Notes: generated from the letters alone by a model not told the origin. DNA of 59,351 bases from an uncultured Candidatus Saccharibacteria bacterium (GCA_964600295.1 CAZRIY010000003.1:1-59351), one strand, 5' to 3'; shown: positions 35,790 through 44,338, numbered from the stretch's first letter. A program made the numbers and translations.

Positions 35790-36533
35790 ATGAGCGAAGC
35801 AGAGCAAATTGATCAGGCTATGAAGGCCGCCTCTAATCCTGGAGATAGCTCTGAACACAATGCCCCTACCATCACCCCCAGCCCAGAAGAAGTAGTAGAT
35901 CAGGCTGCCAAATTACGCGGAGACATCGAACATCGCGAACGATCGCTCGAAGAAATAGACCGCGAGCAGGAAAATCCACAGCGGTATACCGCAGCAAAAA
36001 AACAATTTACTGAAGAGCTGCCCGGCTTAATTCAAAAGCAGCAGCAGCACGATGAAGAGGCCCGTACTTATGCCGAAGAAAATCTTCCGGAGCTTAAGGA
36101 ACAGGCCAAAGCTGTAATGGATAAGGATTTTGAGTTGCGGCAACGCGCATCGGAAGTATTTGATAAGATCATACCCTCGGCGCTAGTTGAGGCTGGCGTT
36201 CGTAAGGATGCGTTAGAACGGGTGACCAGCGCAAAATTGAACACTTCTAGCGGAATTAATGGAAACACAGGTTTTCCGGAATCTGTAACTTTTATTAGAT
36301 CTTTTAGAAACGGCAAACTCGCAGAGACCCGGCTGGCGATTGAGTCAAGCCGGACTGAATTACGAATTGGAGCCGATGGGCGGGTGCAGCTAGACGGATA
36401 CGGCCTGCACCCTGTAGAGGCAAGGCAACAAAAAATCGCTGAGGCTCTAAGTGATGCCGAGAATATCGCGAAAGCTTCAGTCGCAGAGGGAGTAGTACAA
36501 GTTAAATTTAGAGAATCGCAGCCCAGCGGTTAG
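35790..36533 (+). CDS. hypothetical protein with shared N-terminal MSEAEQIDQAM motif
   Basis: 247 aa with a helical, charged N-terminal half. The N-terminus aligns with those of 31249..32499 and 32509..33912. Confidence 0.5.
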   Translation: MSEAEQIDQAMKAASNPGDSSEHNAPTITPSPEEVVDQAAKLRGDIEHRERSLEEIDREQENPQRYTAAKKQFTEELPGLIQKQQQHDEEARTYAEENLPELKEQAKAVMDKDFELRQRASEVFDKIIPSALVEAGVRKDALERVTSAKLNTSSGINGNTGFPESVTFIRSFRNGKLAETRLAIESSRTELRIGADGRVQLDGYGLHPVEARQQKIAEALSDAENIAKASVAEGVVQVKFRESQPSG

Positions 36534-36538
36534 AACTG

Positions 36539-36922
36539 CTATAAATTTGTATCTAGGAACTGCTTAAGAGCTATGAGGTCTTGTGTTGTGTGATCATAAA
36601 AATATGATTTGATTCCAACCGCCTCAGCGCTTTATACTGCATCCGCATTATGCTCAAAATAAACTACATCTTCGGTTTTTAATCCATACTTATCAAGCAA
36701 AGTCTTATAATACGTAGGATCTGTTTTTTCTGGGTTGTGCTTAAGCGTGAATACTTCCCAGGGTGACTTATCCAAATTGAATTCCTTAAATTGCTCGTCG
36801 TTAGCGCCGGTTAGAACAAGCTTATTGTTTGGATATTGCTCGAGCAATTCATACATATCCTGAAAAACTGTTCCGTCTTTTAGAATTATCCCATCAATGG
36901 CATCTACGAGAATTGTTTTCAT
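36539..36922 (-). pseudogene. HAD-like hydrolase interrupted by an in-frame TAA
   Basis: ORF 36632..36922 (MKTILVDAIDGII...FEHNADAV) stops at a TAA. The same frame continues SAEAVGIKSYFYDHTTQDLIALKQFLDTNL to a TAG at 36539-36541. Confidence 0.5.
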
Positions 36923-36993
36923 AGCTAGATTGTACTAGATAACTTCATGCCTGGGCGATAAAAAAGTTTATTTCTTGAATTACGCTGGAGGAT

Positions 36994-37797
36994 TTATCGG
37001 ATAAGCGGTTTGAGCGATTCTGGCTCGTATACATCGCTCAAGATTGCGTCATCTTTACCGCTGATATCCTTTAAGGCCTTGGTGGTTGTCGTATATACCT
37101 CCAATTCTTCTGCATCGCTTTGGTCGAGGGCATACTCGGCATGCTTTTGAAGTCGCCGTTCCAGGGCCGGGGTTTCACAGACTAGCAGAATAGCCGGATA
37201 ATCGGTGCCCGTTTCATCCCAATCGCCAGATTCATAATGTTCAATATATTGCGAAATCCTGAGTTTAACTACAAAAAAGGGGGTGGCCGCTTTTATAAAC
37301 TCCAGCATATAGCTTTTGCTGTTGGAGGGCTCACCCTTGAACGTCAAATGGGCATCGGGCAACCGTTCGGGGAAGAAGTCGTACTGCGCCAGTTCACTTT
37401 TGGTGTAGAAACTCAATGTATCTCCGAAGACTCGAACCAAATTCACATACAACCGGAGTAGAAGCAAGGATTCCTCAATGAATACCGGGCCAGCTCGTTT
37501 GTCGTTACGGATGGCGTGGAGCACCGTGGGATTGAGACCGGGCATTGTTTTGAGTACGCTTAAGCCCTCCGACATTAAGTGGTAAGCAGCCGGCTTGCGG
37601 TTAATGCTGTCTAAGCCGCTATACCTGCGGCCTATATATTTTTGCTCAATCATATTCCTCAGTCTCGTATACATATAAATCGGAGACTTAAGGTCTTGAT
37701 ATTTAGCCAATAACTCGACAGTTCCAAACCTAAACTTGTACAAACTCAGCAACACCTGTTCTTGTGATGCATTCAATGGTCTTCTAAACTTCGGCAT
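36994..37797 (-). CDS. replication-relaxation family protein (candidate relaxase / mobilisation protein)
   Basis: N-terminal winged-helix-like segment LLSLYKFRFGTVELLAKY...RLRNMIEQKYI, followed by LPDAHLTF...YMLEFIKAAT...ISQYIEHY. Confidence 0.55.
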   Translation of the reverse strand: MPKFRRPLNASQEQVLLSLYKFRFGTVELLAKYQDLKSPIYMYTRLRNMIEQKYIGRRYSGLDSINRKPAAYHLMSEGLSVLKTMPGLNPTVLHAIRNDKRAGPVFIEESLLLLRLYVNLVRVFGDTLSFYTKSELAQYDFFPERLPDAHLTFKGEPSNSKSYMLEFIKAATPFFVVKLRISQYIEHYESGDWDETGTDYPAILLVCETPALERRLQKHAEYALDQSDAEELEVYTTTTKALKDISGKDDAILSDVYEPESLKPLIR

Positions 37798-37955
37798 AAT
37801 TCTAGCTCTTCCGCTATCCCCCAGCTATAACCTACTACTGTTCTCTACTATATACGTAGTATATATAAAAGGTAGACTATTATGGATAGATTACAGAGGC
37901 GTTTGTGTAACTTAATAGATAAATCGATTTCTCTATCAAAATACTTGGAAAAGAC

Positions 37956-37985
37956 TTGCATATATCCCAGCTGGGATAGTATAAT
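37956..37985 (+). promoter_or_regulatory. promoter (TTGCAT-18 nt-TATAAT) whose spacer is a perfect 16-bp palindrome (operator candidate)
   Basis: TTGCAT at 37956-37961 and TATAAT at 37980-37985. TATCCCAGCTGGGATA at 37963-37978. A related TCCCAGGGA lies near 38000. Confidence 0.5.
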
Positions 37986-38018
37986 GTAACCAGGAAACTT
38001 CCCAGGGAGGGTATCGCA

Positions 38019-38174
38019 GTGGGTAGGCCAAAGGGTTCCACCAACAAACCGAAACAACCACCAGAGGTACGGCTATCTGACAAACAAAAGCTAGCTATCA
38101 TTGCTGACCTCTTACTGGAGCTGGTTTACGAAACCCAGGTAAAAAAGCCACCAGGGGTGTATCATGCAACCTAG
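38019..38174 (+). CDS. small basic protein (51 aa, GRPKG AT-hook-like N-terminus), possible regulator or recombination directionality factor
   Basis: Not in the track (under 60 aa). The GTG at 38019 lies 8 nt after GGGAGG. Translation MGRPKGSTNKPKQPPEVRLSDKQKLAIIADLLLELVYETQVKKPPGVYHAT. It overlaps the recombinase ATG. Confidence 0.4.
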   Translation: MGRPKGSTNKPKQPPEVRLSDKQKLAIIADLLLELVYETQVKKPPGVYHAT

Positions 38175-39879
38175 CGCTGCCAGCCTGAACGGGGTAGCAG
38201 CCATCAGGGTCTCGACAACCAAACAAGGCACTGACGGCGACTCACCGGAGGCTCAAAAGGAGCAAATAGAAGGCTTTGCCAAAAACAAAAACATTACGAT
38301 TAAGAAGTTCTTTGTCTTTCTGGAGTCGGCCTCGAAGGATCAGCAGCCGATGCAAGAGGCAATAGATTATTGCAAAGAGCCTAAAAACGGTATTCAACTC
38401 TTTATCATTAAATCCATTGACCGTTTCACTCGTGGTGGTTCAGACTTCTATGGCCCGCTAAAGCGGCAACTAGAGCAACACCAGGTGGGCTTAATTGATA
38501 TCTATGGCATTATCAGCCCCAACAAGGTGAACACCCTAGAGCACCTGGGCTTTGAATATGGCTGGAGTGTTTATTCACCCTCACAAAAATCGGAAATCTT
38601 AGAAGCTGAGCGCTCTAAAGACGAATTAAGAGACATCATGAGCCGCATGATAGGCGCGGAGATCCGTTATACGCAAATGGGTTATTGGATGCGCCGTCCG
38701 CCTTATGGATTTGTGAGTCAGAAAATTGATACTCAAAACGGGAAAAGGACTATCTTAAAGCCCCACCCGATTGAATCGAAGTTAATAATTAAGGCCTTCG
38801 AACTCCGAGCTACTGGCCGCTATAGCGACCGCGAGATCGCCGCTAAACTCAATGCCCTGGGCTTCAAGACCCGAATGAAGTATATTCGCAGCAAATCCAA
38901 ACCCAGCCATGTGGTCAAGCAGACGGGCGGCAACCCCCTAACCGACAAACATCTTTGGCGGCTGATGCGTAATCCGATTTATGCCGGAGTCAATATCGAA
39001 AAATGGACGAACGGTCAGCCGGTACGCTGTATGTTTAAGGGTCTGGTGTCAATTGAACTCTTTAACCAGGCCAATAAAGGTAAGCGAATCATTAGTCAGC
39101 TGATTAACAATAAAATCGCCGTTTATGACCAGCCGGCTCCGGAGCATCTTAGCGACAAAGGTAAACGCAATTCTGATTTTCCTTACAAGAAATATGTCAT
39201 GTGTCCGCAATGCAATAAGCCACTGTCGGGCAGCGCTTCAAGGGGCAAGTCCGGTAAATACTATCCTGCCTATCACTGCAATAAGCGTGGCCACTATTTC
39301 CGCGTCACTAAACGAGATCTAGAAGACCGCGTGGCTGAATTTATTTCTGGCATAAAGATAGCTCCAGATAAGTTGGAGGAGCTATTTAAGGCTGTTGAGA
39401 AGGCCTGGGAACGCTCGAATGCCGAGTATCGCAATCAAGTGCTGAGCTTCAATAATCGTATTAGTGAGCTAGAGAATGTAGCGACGGAAACGAGTAAGAA
39501 GTTTAGATTACTTACTAGCGAGACGGCGATAAAATACATGGAACAGGACCTTATCCAAACCGAGAAGGAGATAAAAGACCTAACAGTCCAAAGGGATAAA
39601 CTTAGTCTTAAGCAGCCCATGGATTTCAGTAAGGTTAAGGCACGAGTGAAATACTTTGTCGAACACCTTGATGAATTACTACTAAAACAGATTGATCCGA
39701 TCAAAAAAGCCCAGTTTTTCGGACTTTTATTCAACAAGGCGCCCACATACGACGATTTAAAAGGTCGAACACCAAAAACGCCCCTTTTTACAGGGGTGAA
39801 TCCGGTCATTCAACTTGCAGCGTTTCCAAACTCTCGTTTGGTGACCCCAGCGGGAGTCGAACCCGCGTTGTCAGATTGA
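38164..39879 (+). CDS. large serine recombinase (integrase)
   Basis: Resolvase-type N-terminus AAIRVSTTKQ...IIKSIDRFTRG, a recombinase domain, a Cys-rich zinc ribbon CPQC...YHC and a coiled coil. The last 14 codons read into tRNA-Glu. Confidence 0.9.
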   Translation: MQPSAASLNGVAAIRVSTTKQGTDGDSPEAQKEQIEGFAKNKNITIKKFFVFLESASKDQQPMQEAIDYCKEPKNGIQLFIIKSIDRFTRGGSDFYGPLKRQLEQHQVGLIDIYGIISPNKVNTLEHLGFEYGWSVYSPSQKSEILEAERSKDELRDIMSRMIGAEIRYTQMGYWMRRPPYGFVSQKIDTQNGKRTILKPHPIESKLIIKAFELRATGRYSDREIAAKLNALGFKTRMKYIRSKSKPSHVVKQTGGNPLTDKHLWRLMRNPIYAGVNIEKWTNGQPVRCMFKGLVSIELFNQANKGKRIISQLINNKIAVYDQPAPEHLSDKGKRNSDFPYKKYVMCPQCNKPLSGSASRGKSGKYYPAYHCNKRGHYFRVTKRDLEDRVAEFISGIKIAPDKLEELFKAVEKAWERSNAEYRNQVLSFNNRISELENVATETSKKFRLLTSETAIKYMEQDLIQTEKEIKDLTVQRDKLSLKQPMDFSKVKARVKYFVEHLDELLLKQIDPIKKAQFFGLLFNKAPTYDDLKGRTPKTPLFTGVNPVIQLAAFPNSRLVTPAGVEPALSD

Positions 39880-39913
39880 AAATCTGATGTCCTAACCACT
39901 AGACGATGGGGCC
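39839..39913 (-). tRNA. tRNA-Glu (anticodon UUC), CCA encoded; its 3' end is the right att repeat
   Basis: Reverse complement GGCCCCATCGTCTAGTGGTTAGGACATCAGATTTTCAATCTGACAACGCGGGTTCGACTCCCGCTGGGGTCACCA. It folds as a cloverleaf with anticodon loop TTTTCAA. Confidence 0.9.
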
Positions 39914-40076
39914 GCGGAACAGAGATATTCTAGCAGTTAACCGCTGTTAGCCCAACTGTTGGCGGTATGTTGTTGTTTCTTTTTAGGAACTTCGGTGCCC
40001 TTTTGCAGATTTTGGAATGGTCATCTTATTTGTGTTTGGGTTTTGTTCGGATTATACTCTGTTACAGGTAATCAAA

Positions 40077-40331
40077 ATGATCGAACAGATTAATGAGCCA
40101 GTTGAGGTAATGGTGACATATAAAAATAGCAAAACTATGCCGATTGTGATGGGTTGGCAAAACCGTATCTACCGCTTTACCCGGCTGGGCTTTGTCCACC
40201 CCACCCGCGAAGGCCGCAAGTTAATCCACGTTTTTAGCGTCTCAGACGATAACCTAACCTATCGTTTAGAATTCGACACCGAAAGTTTGAGCTGGAAGCT
40301 GGCCGAGATTTCCGATGGCCTGCCAGTCTGA
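40077..40331 (+). CDS. small conserved partner protein of the Y-family polymerase, chromosomal copy
   Basis: Homologous to 19915..20175. The start at ATG 40077 was chosen by alignment (MIEQINEPVEV versus MVEKIDEQVGV); the track start is 40017. Confidence 0.6.
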   Translation: MIEQINEPVEVMVTYKNSKTMPIVMGWQNRIYRFTRLGFVHPTREGRKLIHVFSVSDDNLTYRLEFDTESLSWKLAEISDGLPV

Positions 40332-40345
40332 AGCCGAGGCGAAAG

Positions 40346-41587
40346 ATGGACTACCCGCTTAACCGCACTCTGCCCCAAATTATGCACATCGATCTTAACT
40401 CGGCTTTTGCCATGATAGAGCAGCAAGCCAATCCCTTTTTACGCGGTAAACCGGTGGCGGTTACCAACCGTTTAACTCGCGGCGCTACCATTATCGCCGC
40501 CTCTTACGAAGCCAAGCAGTACGGAATTGGCGTTGGTACTAAAATGAGCGAGGCCAAGCAACTGGCACCCGACGTCATCGTAATGGAAACCGATCCGCCC
40601 AAATATATCTACGCCTTCCGCCAAGTCCGAGACATTTTGGAATCTTATTCTCCCAACGCCCATATGAAATCAATTGATGAGGGTGTAATTGATTTCTCCG
40701 AGCTGCGGTTGATGCATCCCCATCCATTGGTTGAGATCGGGCAAGATATTAAAAAACGGCTTCACCAAGCCTTGGGTGAATGGGTAACTTGTAATATCGG
40801 CATCGGGCCCAATCGCTTTTTGGCCAAGCTGGCGGCCGGTTTACATAAGCCCGACGGCCTGGATGTAATTTCTGCCGACAATCTACTGCAAACTTACGAT
40901 CGATTGGACTTGCTGGACTTGCACGGCATTAATTATCGTTACCGTTACCGTTTGAACCTAGCTGGTATCCAGACACCGCTAGAATTTCTCTCGGCCGATG
41001 CGGTTTATTTGGCCAAACGGGTTTTTCATAGCATCAATGGCTACTATTGGTACTGGCGGCTGCGGGGTTGGGAAACCGATGCCACCAAATTTGCTACCCG
41101 CACCATCGGCAAGCAGTACGTGCTGCACGAGTGGACCAATGACCAAGCCAAGCTGGAACCAATTCTGATGAAGATGTGCGAGATGATGGCCCGGCGGCTG
41201 CGAACAAAGGATCTATGCGCTCGCGGGTTGTATATTAGCTGCTGGTTTTTAGATGCACCCGGCTGGCATGCCACCCACAAGTTCAAATCCCGTCTATTTA
41301 CTACCGTAGACATTTACCAAAAGGCCTTGCAGCTCTTTAACACCCGGCCTCTTCAAGCCACGGTAAAACTCTTAACCATTAATCTGTACGATTTAGAATC
41401 GGCCGAGGAGCACCAATTGCCCCTGTTTGAAACCCCAGATCGGCAGCAATGGCGTCTAACCCGAGCGATTGACGAGCTTAACGATCGTTTTGGCGAATTT
41501 AGCGTAATGCCAGGTACCATGGCCAACACCAACCACTTGGTTCCCGACAAAATTCCCTTTGGCTCGGTCCGCCACTTCCGAGATTAA
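40346..41587 (+). CDS. Y-family DNA polymerase, chromosomal copy
   Basis: MHIDLNSAFAMIEQ and KSIDEGVIDF. By eye it is roughly half identical to the ICE copy. Confidence 0.9.
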   Translation: MDYPLNRTLPQIMHIDLNSAFAMIEQQANPFLRGKPVAVTNRLTRGATIIAASYEAKQYGIGVGTKMSEAKQLAPDVIVMETDPPKYIYAFRQVRDILESYSPNAHMKSIDEGVIDFSELRLMHPHPLVEIGQDIKKRLHQALGEWVTCNIGIGPNRFLAKLAAGLHKPDGLDVISADNLLQTYDRLDLLDLHGINYRYRYRLNLAGIQTPLEFLSADAVYLAKRVFHSINGYYWYWRLRGWETDATKFATRTIGKQYVLHEWTNDQAKLEPILMKMCEMMARRLRTKDLCARGLYISCWFLDAPGWHATHKFKSRLFTTVDIYQKALQLFNTRPLQATVKLLTINLYDLESAEEHQLPLFETPDRQQWRLTRAIDELNDRFGEFSVMPGTMANTNHLVPDKIPFGSVRHFRD

Positions 41588-41594
41588 AACTCCA
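41558..41594. repeat. direct repeat copy 1 (3' end of the polymerase gene)
   Basis: TTTGGCTCGGTCCGCCACTTCCGAGATTAAAACTCCA matches 42246-42283 with 4 mismatches and 1 indel. Confidence 0.65.
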
Positions 41595-41658
41595 CAAGCC
41601 TTTCGCAGCTTTAGCGAAGTAGGCTCCGCCATCTCCACGATTAAACTATAATCAAAAT

Positions 41659-42243
41659 GTGTCGAAACCGAGACTGATTGATTTCACGAAGCCCAACACC
41701 TTTATTGCTGGGTTAACCAAGTACATTACGAGGGGCGACCTTCTGGATATTGGTGCTGGGCGGGGTCGACACTCTTTATTCTTTGCTAGTAAAGGTTTCA
41801 ACGTAACCGCAGTGGAGCCTGATCCACAGCAGTGCCAAGAGATGTCTACTCTAGCTAGGGCTATGGGATTGCCCATTAAAGTTGTTGAAAACACCGTTGC
41901 AGACTTTAGTACCAACAAGCAATTTGATGCAGTAGTTTGTTCGATGGTACTTCACTTTTTGCCGTTCAAAGAAATTAACCAAGCGATTGGCGTAATGCTA
42001 AATTTAACAAAGGCGGGAGGTTTCCACGCAGTATCAGCCTATACGAACTTGAATAAACCCGATTTTCTAAGGGCTGGCAGCTATGGAGAAGAGAAATATC
42101 TTTTTAAGCCAGGTGAACTGCGCCAATTTTATGATGGATGGAAAATATTAGAGTATCTAGAAGATTGGACAAAGCCAGCCATAGTTAAGGTGGGCGACGT
42201 GCCACAAAGCTGGCATAAAGTAAGTTTGTTCGCCAGAAAATAG
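41659..42243 (+). CDS. TehB-like class I SAM-dependent methyltransferase
   Basis: Motif I LLDIGAGRGRHSLFFASKGFNVTAVEPD; GTG start. Confidence 0.8.
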   Translation: MSKPRLIDFTKPNTFIAGLTKYITRGDLLDIGAGRGRHSLFFASKGFNVTAVEPDPQQCQEMSTLARAMGLPIKVVENTVADFSTNKQFDAVVCSMVLHFLPFKEINQAIGVMLNLTKAGGFHAVSAYTNLNKPDFLRAGSYGEEKYLFKPGELRQFYDGWKILEYLEDWTKPAIVKVGDVPQSWHKVSLFARK

Positions 42244-42245
42244 CT

Positions 42246-42283
42246 TTTGGCACGGTCCGCCACTTCCGCGAATAAGAACTCCA
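42246..42283. repeat. direct repeat copy 2 (orphan copy of the polymerase 3' end)
   Basis: TTTGGCACGGTCCGCCACTTCCGCGAATAAGAACTCCA would encode FGTVRHFRE-stop, compared with FGSVRHFRD-stop in the gene. Confidence 0.65.
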
Positions 42284-42305
42284 TAGCTGATACAATAATC
42301 GCAAC

Positions 42306-43604
42306 GTGGACAGATCCACCAATAAAGATTCCTTTGACGCGGTCCCGCCTACCGAAACCACCAAGCCAAAGTGGTGGCGCAAAAAACGGGTGTGGATACC
42401 CGGTGGCCTACTACTGATTTTAGTGGCTGTAGCGGCAGCGTATTTATTACTTAAGGGGGATGATGGTCTTTCCCAAATTAGCGACATTCTTAGTACCGAC
42501 AGCAAAGCCGTAAAAATTGGTAAAAAGTTTTCCAACGGAGCTTGCGAAGGTAGCGGTAAAAAATTGATGACCACTCCTCCGATGAACCCGGAAGACGTTC
42601 AAATGATCCTGCCCTATGGAACAATGGTTGGCGGGCACGTCATGCCGACATCGCATCAGTACCTGGAGCCTTGGGATAGGAGCCTCGGTCGGGATAAATA
42701 TGAGGTGAGGGCCGCCATGGATGCCATCCTCTATTCCATCAGCAGGCGGGGCCAAAATGTAGAATCGGGCGAAGCGCGCCCCGAAGAATTCCAACTTTGG
42801 TTCGCGATCAGCTGTACCCATTTCTATTATTACGATCTGATAACCAGTCTTTCGCCAGACCTCCAACAGATCTTCGATCAGGGAAAAAACCAAGGAGATA
42901 CTGCCTACGTTAAGGTCCAAGTTACTGCTGGCCAGGTTGTGGGTAAAATCGGCGCACAGACCCTTGATTATGGTGTCTGGGATACCGAGTTGCCGGCGGC
43001 GGCCGGAATCTTGGAGCCCAAGCATTACGAATGGGACGGGTTTCGCCTTTATTTGGCCGACCCACTCAATTACTACACCGAAGAACTCAAGCAAACCATG
43101 CTATCTAAATATATACGAGTGGGCGAGCCGATATCGGGCAAGGTCGATAATGACATTGACGGCAAACTAGTCGGAGGTTGGTTTGTTGAGGGTACAGGGG
43201 AATTGCATGGAGGCAATACGCCCAAATATTGGGCTGGGCACTTAGCCATCGCCCCCGAATATCTTGATCCTAGCGTTTACCTAATATCTGTGGGTGATTT
43301 TGCCGGTGAAGAAAAGCAGTTTTCGCTATCGCGGTCTTCTCCAGATCCCAAAAATGTTGGTGTAGAAGCTGGCCTAGTCAAATACGATCTGCTGCCTTGG
43401 AATTATCTGAAATCAGACGGTACTCCTTGGAACCGCATGACTTTCACTAAAGGTGTGAGGATCATTAACGATGGCTATCAGGGTATAGGGTGTGTTCTGG
43501 TCCAGATACTTGAGAGCCGTAAGCTCAAATTCGAGGGCTTCAAGAGCATGGACTGTGCTAATGTCTCTAGCTTCACTTCGTCTGCCAAGATCTATACCCG
43601 CTGA
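42306..43604 (+). CDS. hypothetical membrane-anchored extracytoplasmic protein
   Basis: 432 aa with an N-terminal TM segment (GGLLLILVAVAAAYLLL). No family recognised. Confidence 0.5.
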   Translation: MDRSTNKDSFDAVPPTETTKPKWWRKKRVWIPGGLLLILVAVAAAYLLLKGDDGLSQISDILSTDSKAVKIGKKFSNGACEGSGKKLMTTPPMNPEDVQMILPYGTMVGGHVMPTSHQYLEPWDRSLGRDKYEVRAAMDAILYSISRRGQNVESGEARPEEFQLWFAISCTHFYYYDLITSLSPDLQQIFDQGKNQGDTAYVKVQVTAGQVVGKIGAQTLDYGVWDTELPAAAGILEPKHYEWDGFRLYLADPLNYYTEELKQTMLSKYIRVGEPISGKVDNDIDGKLVGGWFVEGTGELHGGNTPKYWAGHLAIAPEYLDPSVYLISVGDFAGEEKQFSLSRSSPDPKNVGVEAGLVKYDLLPWNYLKSDGTPWNRMTFTKGVRIINDGYQGIGCVLVQILESRKLKFEGFKSMDCANVSSFTSSAKIYTR

Positions 43605-43732
43605 TAAATCCCCTCGGCTGCTCCGTAAGACATTTCAGAGATTAAGTTAGTTGCCACCCGTTGTAGCGATCTCTCTATCCTCATATTCAATTATTATCAT
43701 CTTGTATGCTATAGCATCAAATCTGATAATAG

Positions 43733-44338
43733 TTAATCTTCTGAAAACGCGCGCTTTATTAGATCGTAGGGATAGCCTTGGCGGGCTAAGTAGGCCATCA
43801 ATTTTTGGCGATCTTGATATTGGCTGAGGCGCGATTTGCGTTCAATTAGATCTTTAAGTTGCTGTAATTCGGTTTCGGGTTCAACCTCGGCTAACACATC
43901 CTCAATAACCTGGCGGTCTACCCGTTTCTTAAAGAGCTCGGTCTGGAGCTGGCGACGGCTGCGGGGGCGACCCATCTGCCGCCACTCCACCCACTGACGG
44001 GCAAAAGCTTCATCATCGATTAAATTTAGCTCGTTTAATTTACTCACGATCGTGAGAACAATTTCACGGTCGTAGCCTTTGCGTTTTAGATAGTCGGTAA
44101 TTTCAAATTGGCTGCGAGCGCGGATCGCAATATAGCGCAATGATCTGTCTAGGGCTTTGTCTTGGACGGCATCAGTTTTGAGCTTTTCAAGCTCTTGCTC
44201 GGTTAGTTCTTGGTCCTGGAAGATGCCCAAGCGGGCAACTTCGGCTTCGGATAGCGAAAAGCGATATTTGCTATCAACATAGATCGAGTACCTATCGGTT
44301 CTCTTAACTTGTTCCTTGATTGCCGTTATCTTCGGCAT
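43733..44338 (-). CDS. recX: RecX family regulatory protein
   Basis: 201 aa. Repeated three-helix pattern and an N-terminus RYSIYVDSKYRFSLSE typical of RecX. Confidence 0.8.
   Translation of the reverse strand: MPKITAIKEQVKRTDRYSIYVDSKYRFSLSEAEVARLGIFQDQELTEQELEKLKTDAVQDKALDRSLRYIAIRARSQFEITDYLKRKGYDREIVLTIVSKLNELNLIDDEAFARQWVEWRQMGRPRSRRQLQTELFKKRVDRQVIEDVLAEVEPETELQQLKDLIERKSRLSQYQDRQKLMAYLARQGYPYDLIKRAFSED

Larger units (their letters stand above)
10866..39857. mobile_element. ~29-kb integrative conjugative element inserted at tRNA-Glu
   Basis: 19-bp direct repeats at both ends with the right one inside an intact tRNA. The interior holds a serine recombinase, a replication-relaxation protein, a complete minimal T4SS and defence cargo. 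Confidence 0.75.

Noticed and set aside
37848-38101. 69-aa and 73-aa minus-strand ORFs between the relaxation-protein and integrase genes
   Set aside because: The region is AT-rich and divergent-promoter-like. The ORFs overlap the promoter/operator and the better-supported plus-strand small ORF.
42447-43094. 215-aa minus-strand ORF
   Set aside because: It lies entirely inside the longer plus-strand ORF 42306..43604, which has a plausible TM anchor. No motif supports the antisense frame. The plus ORF itself remains of unknown function.
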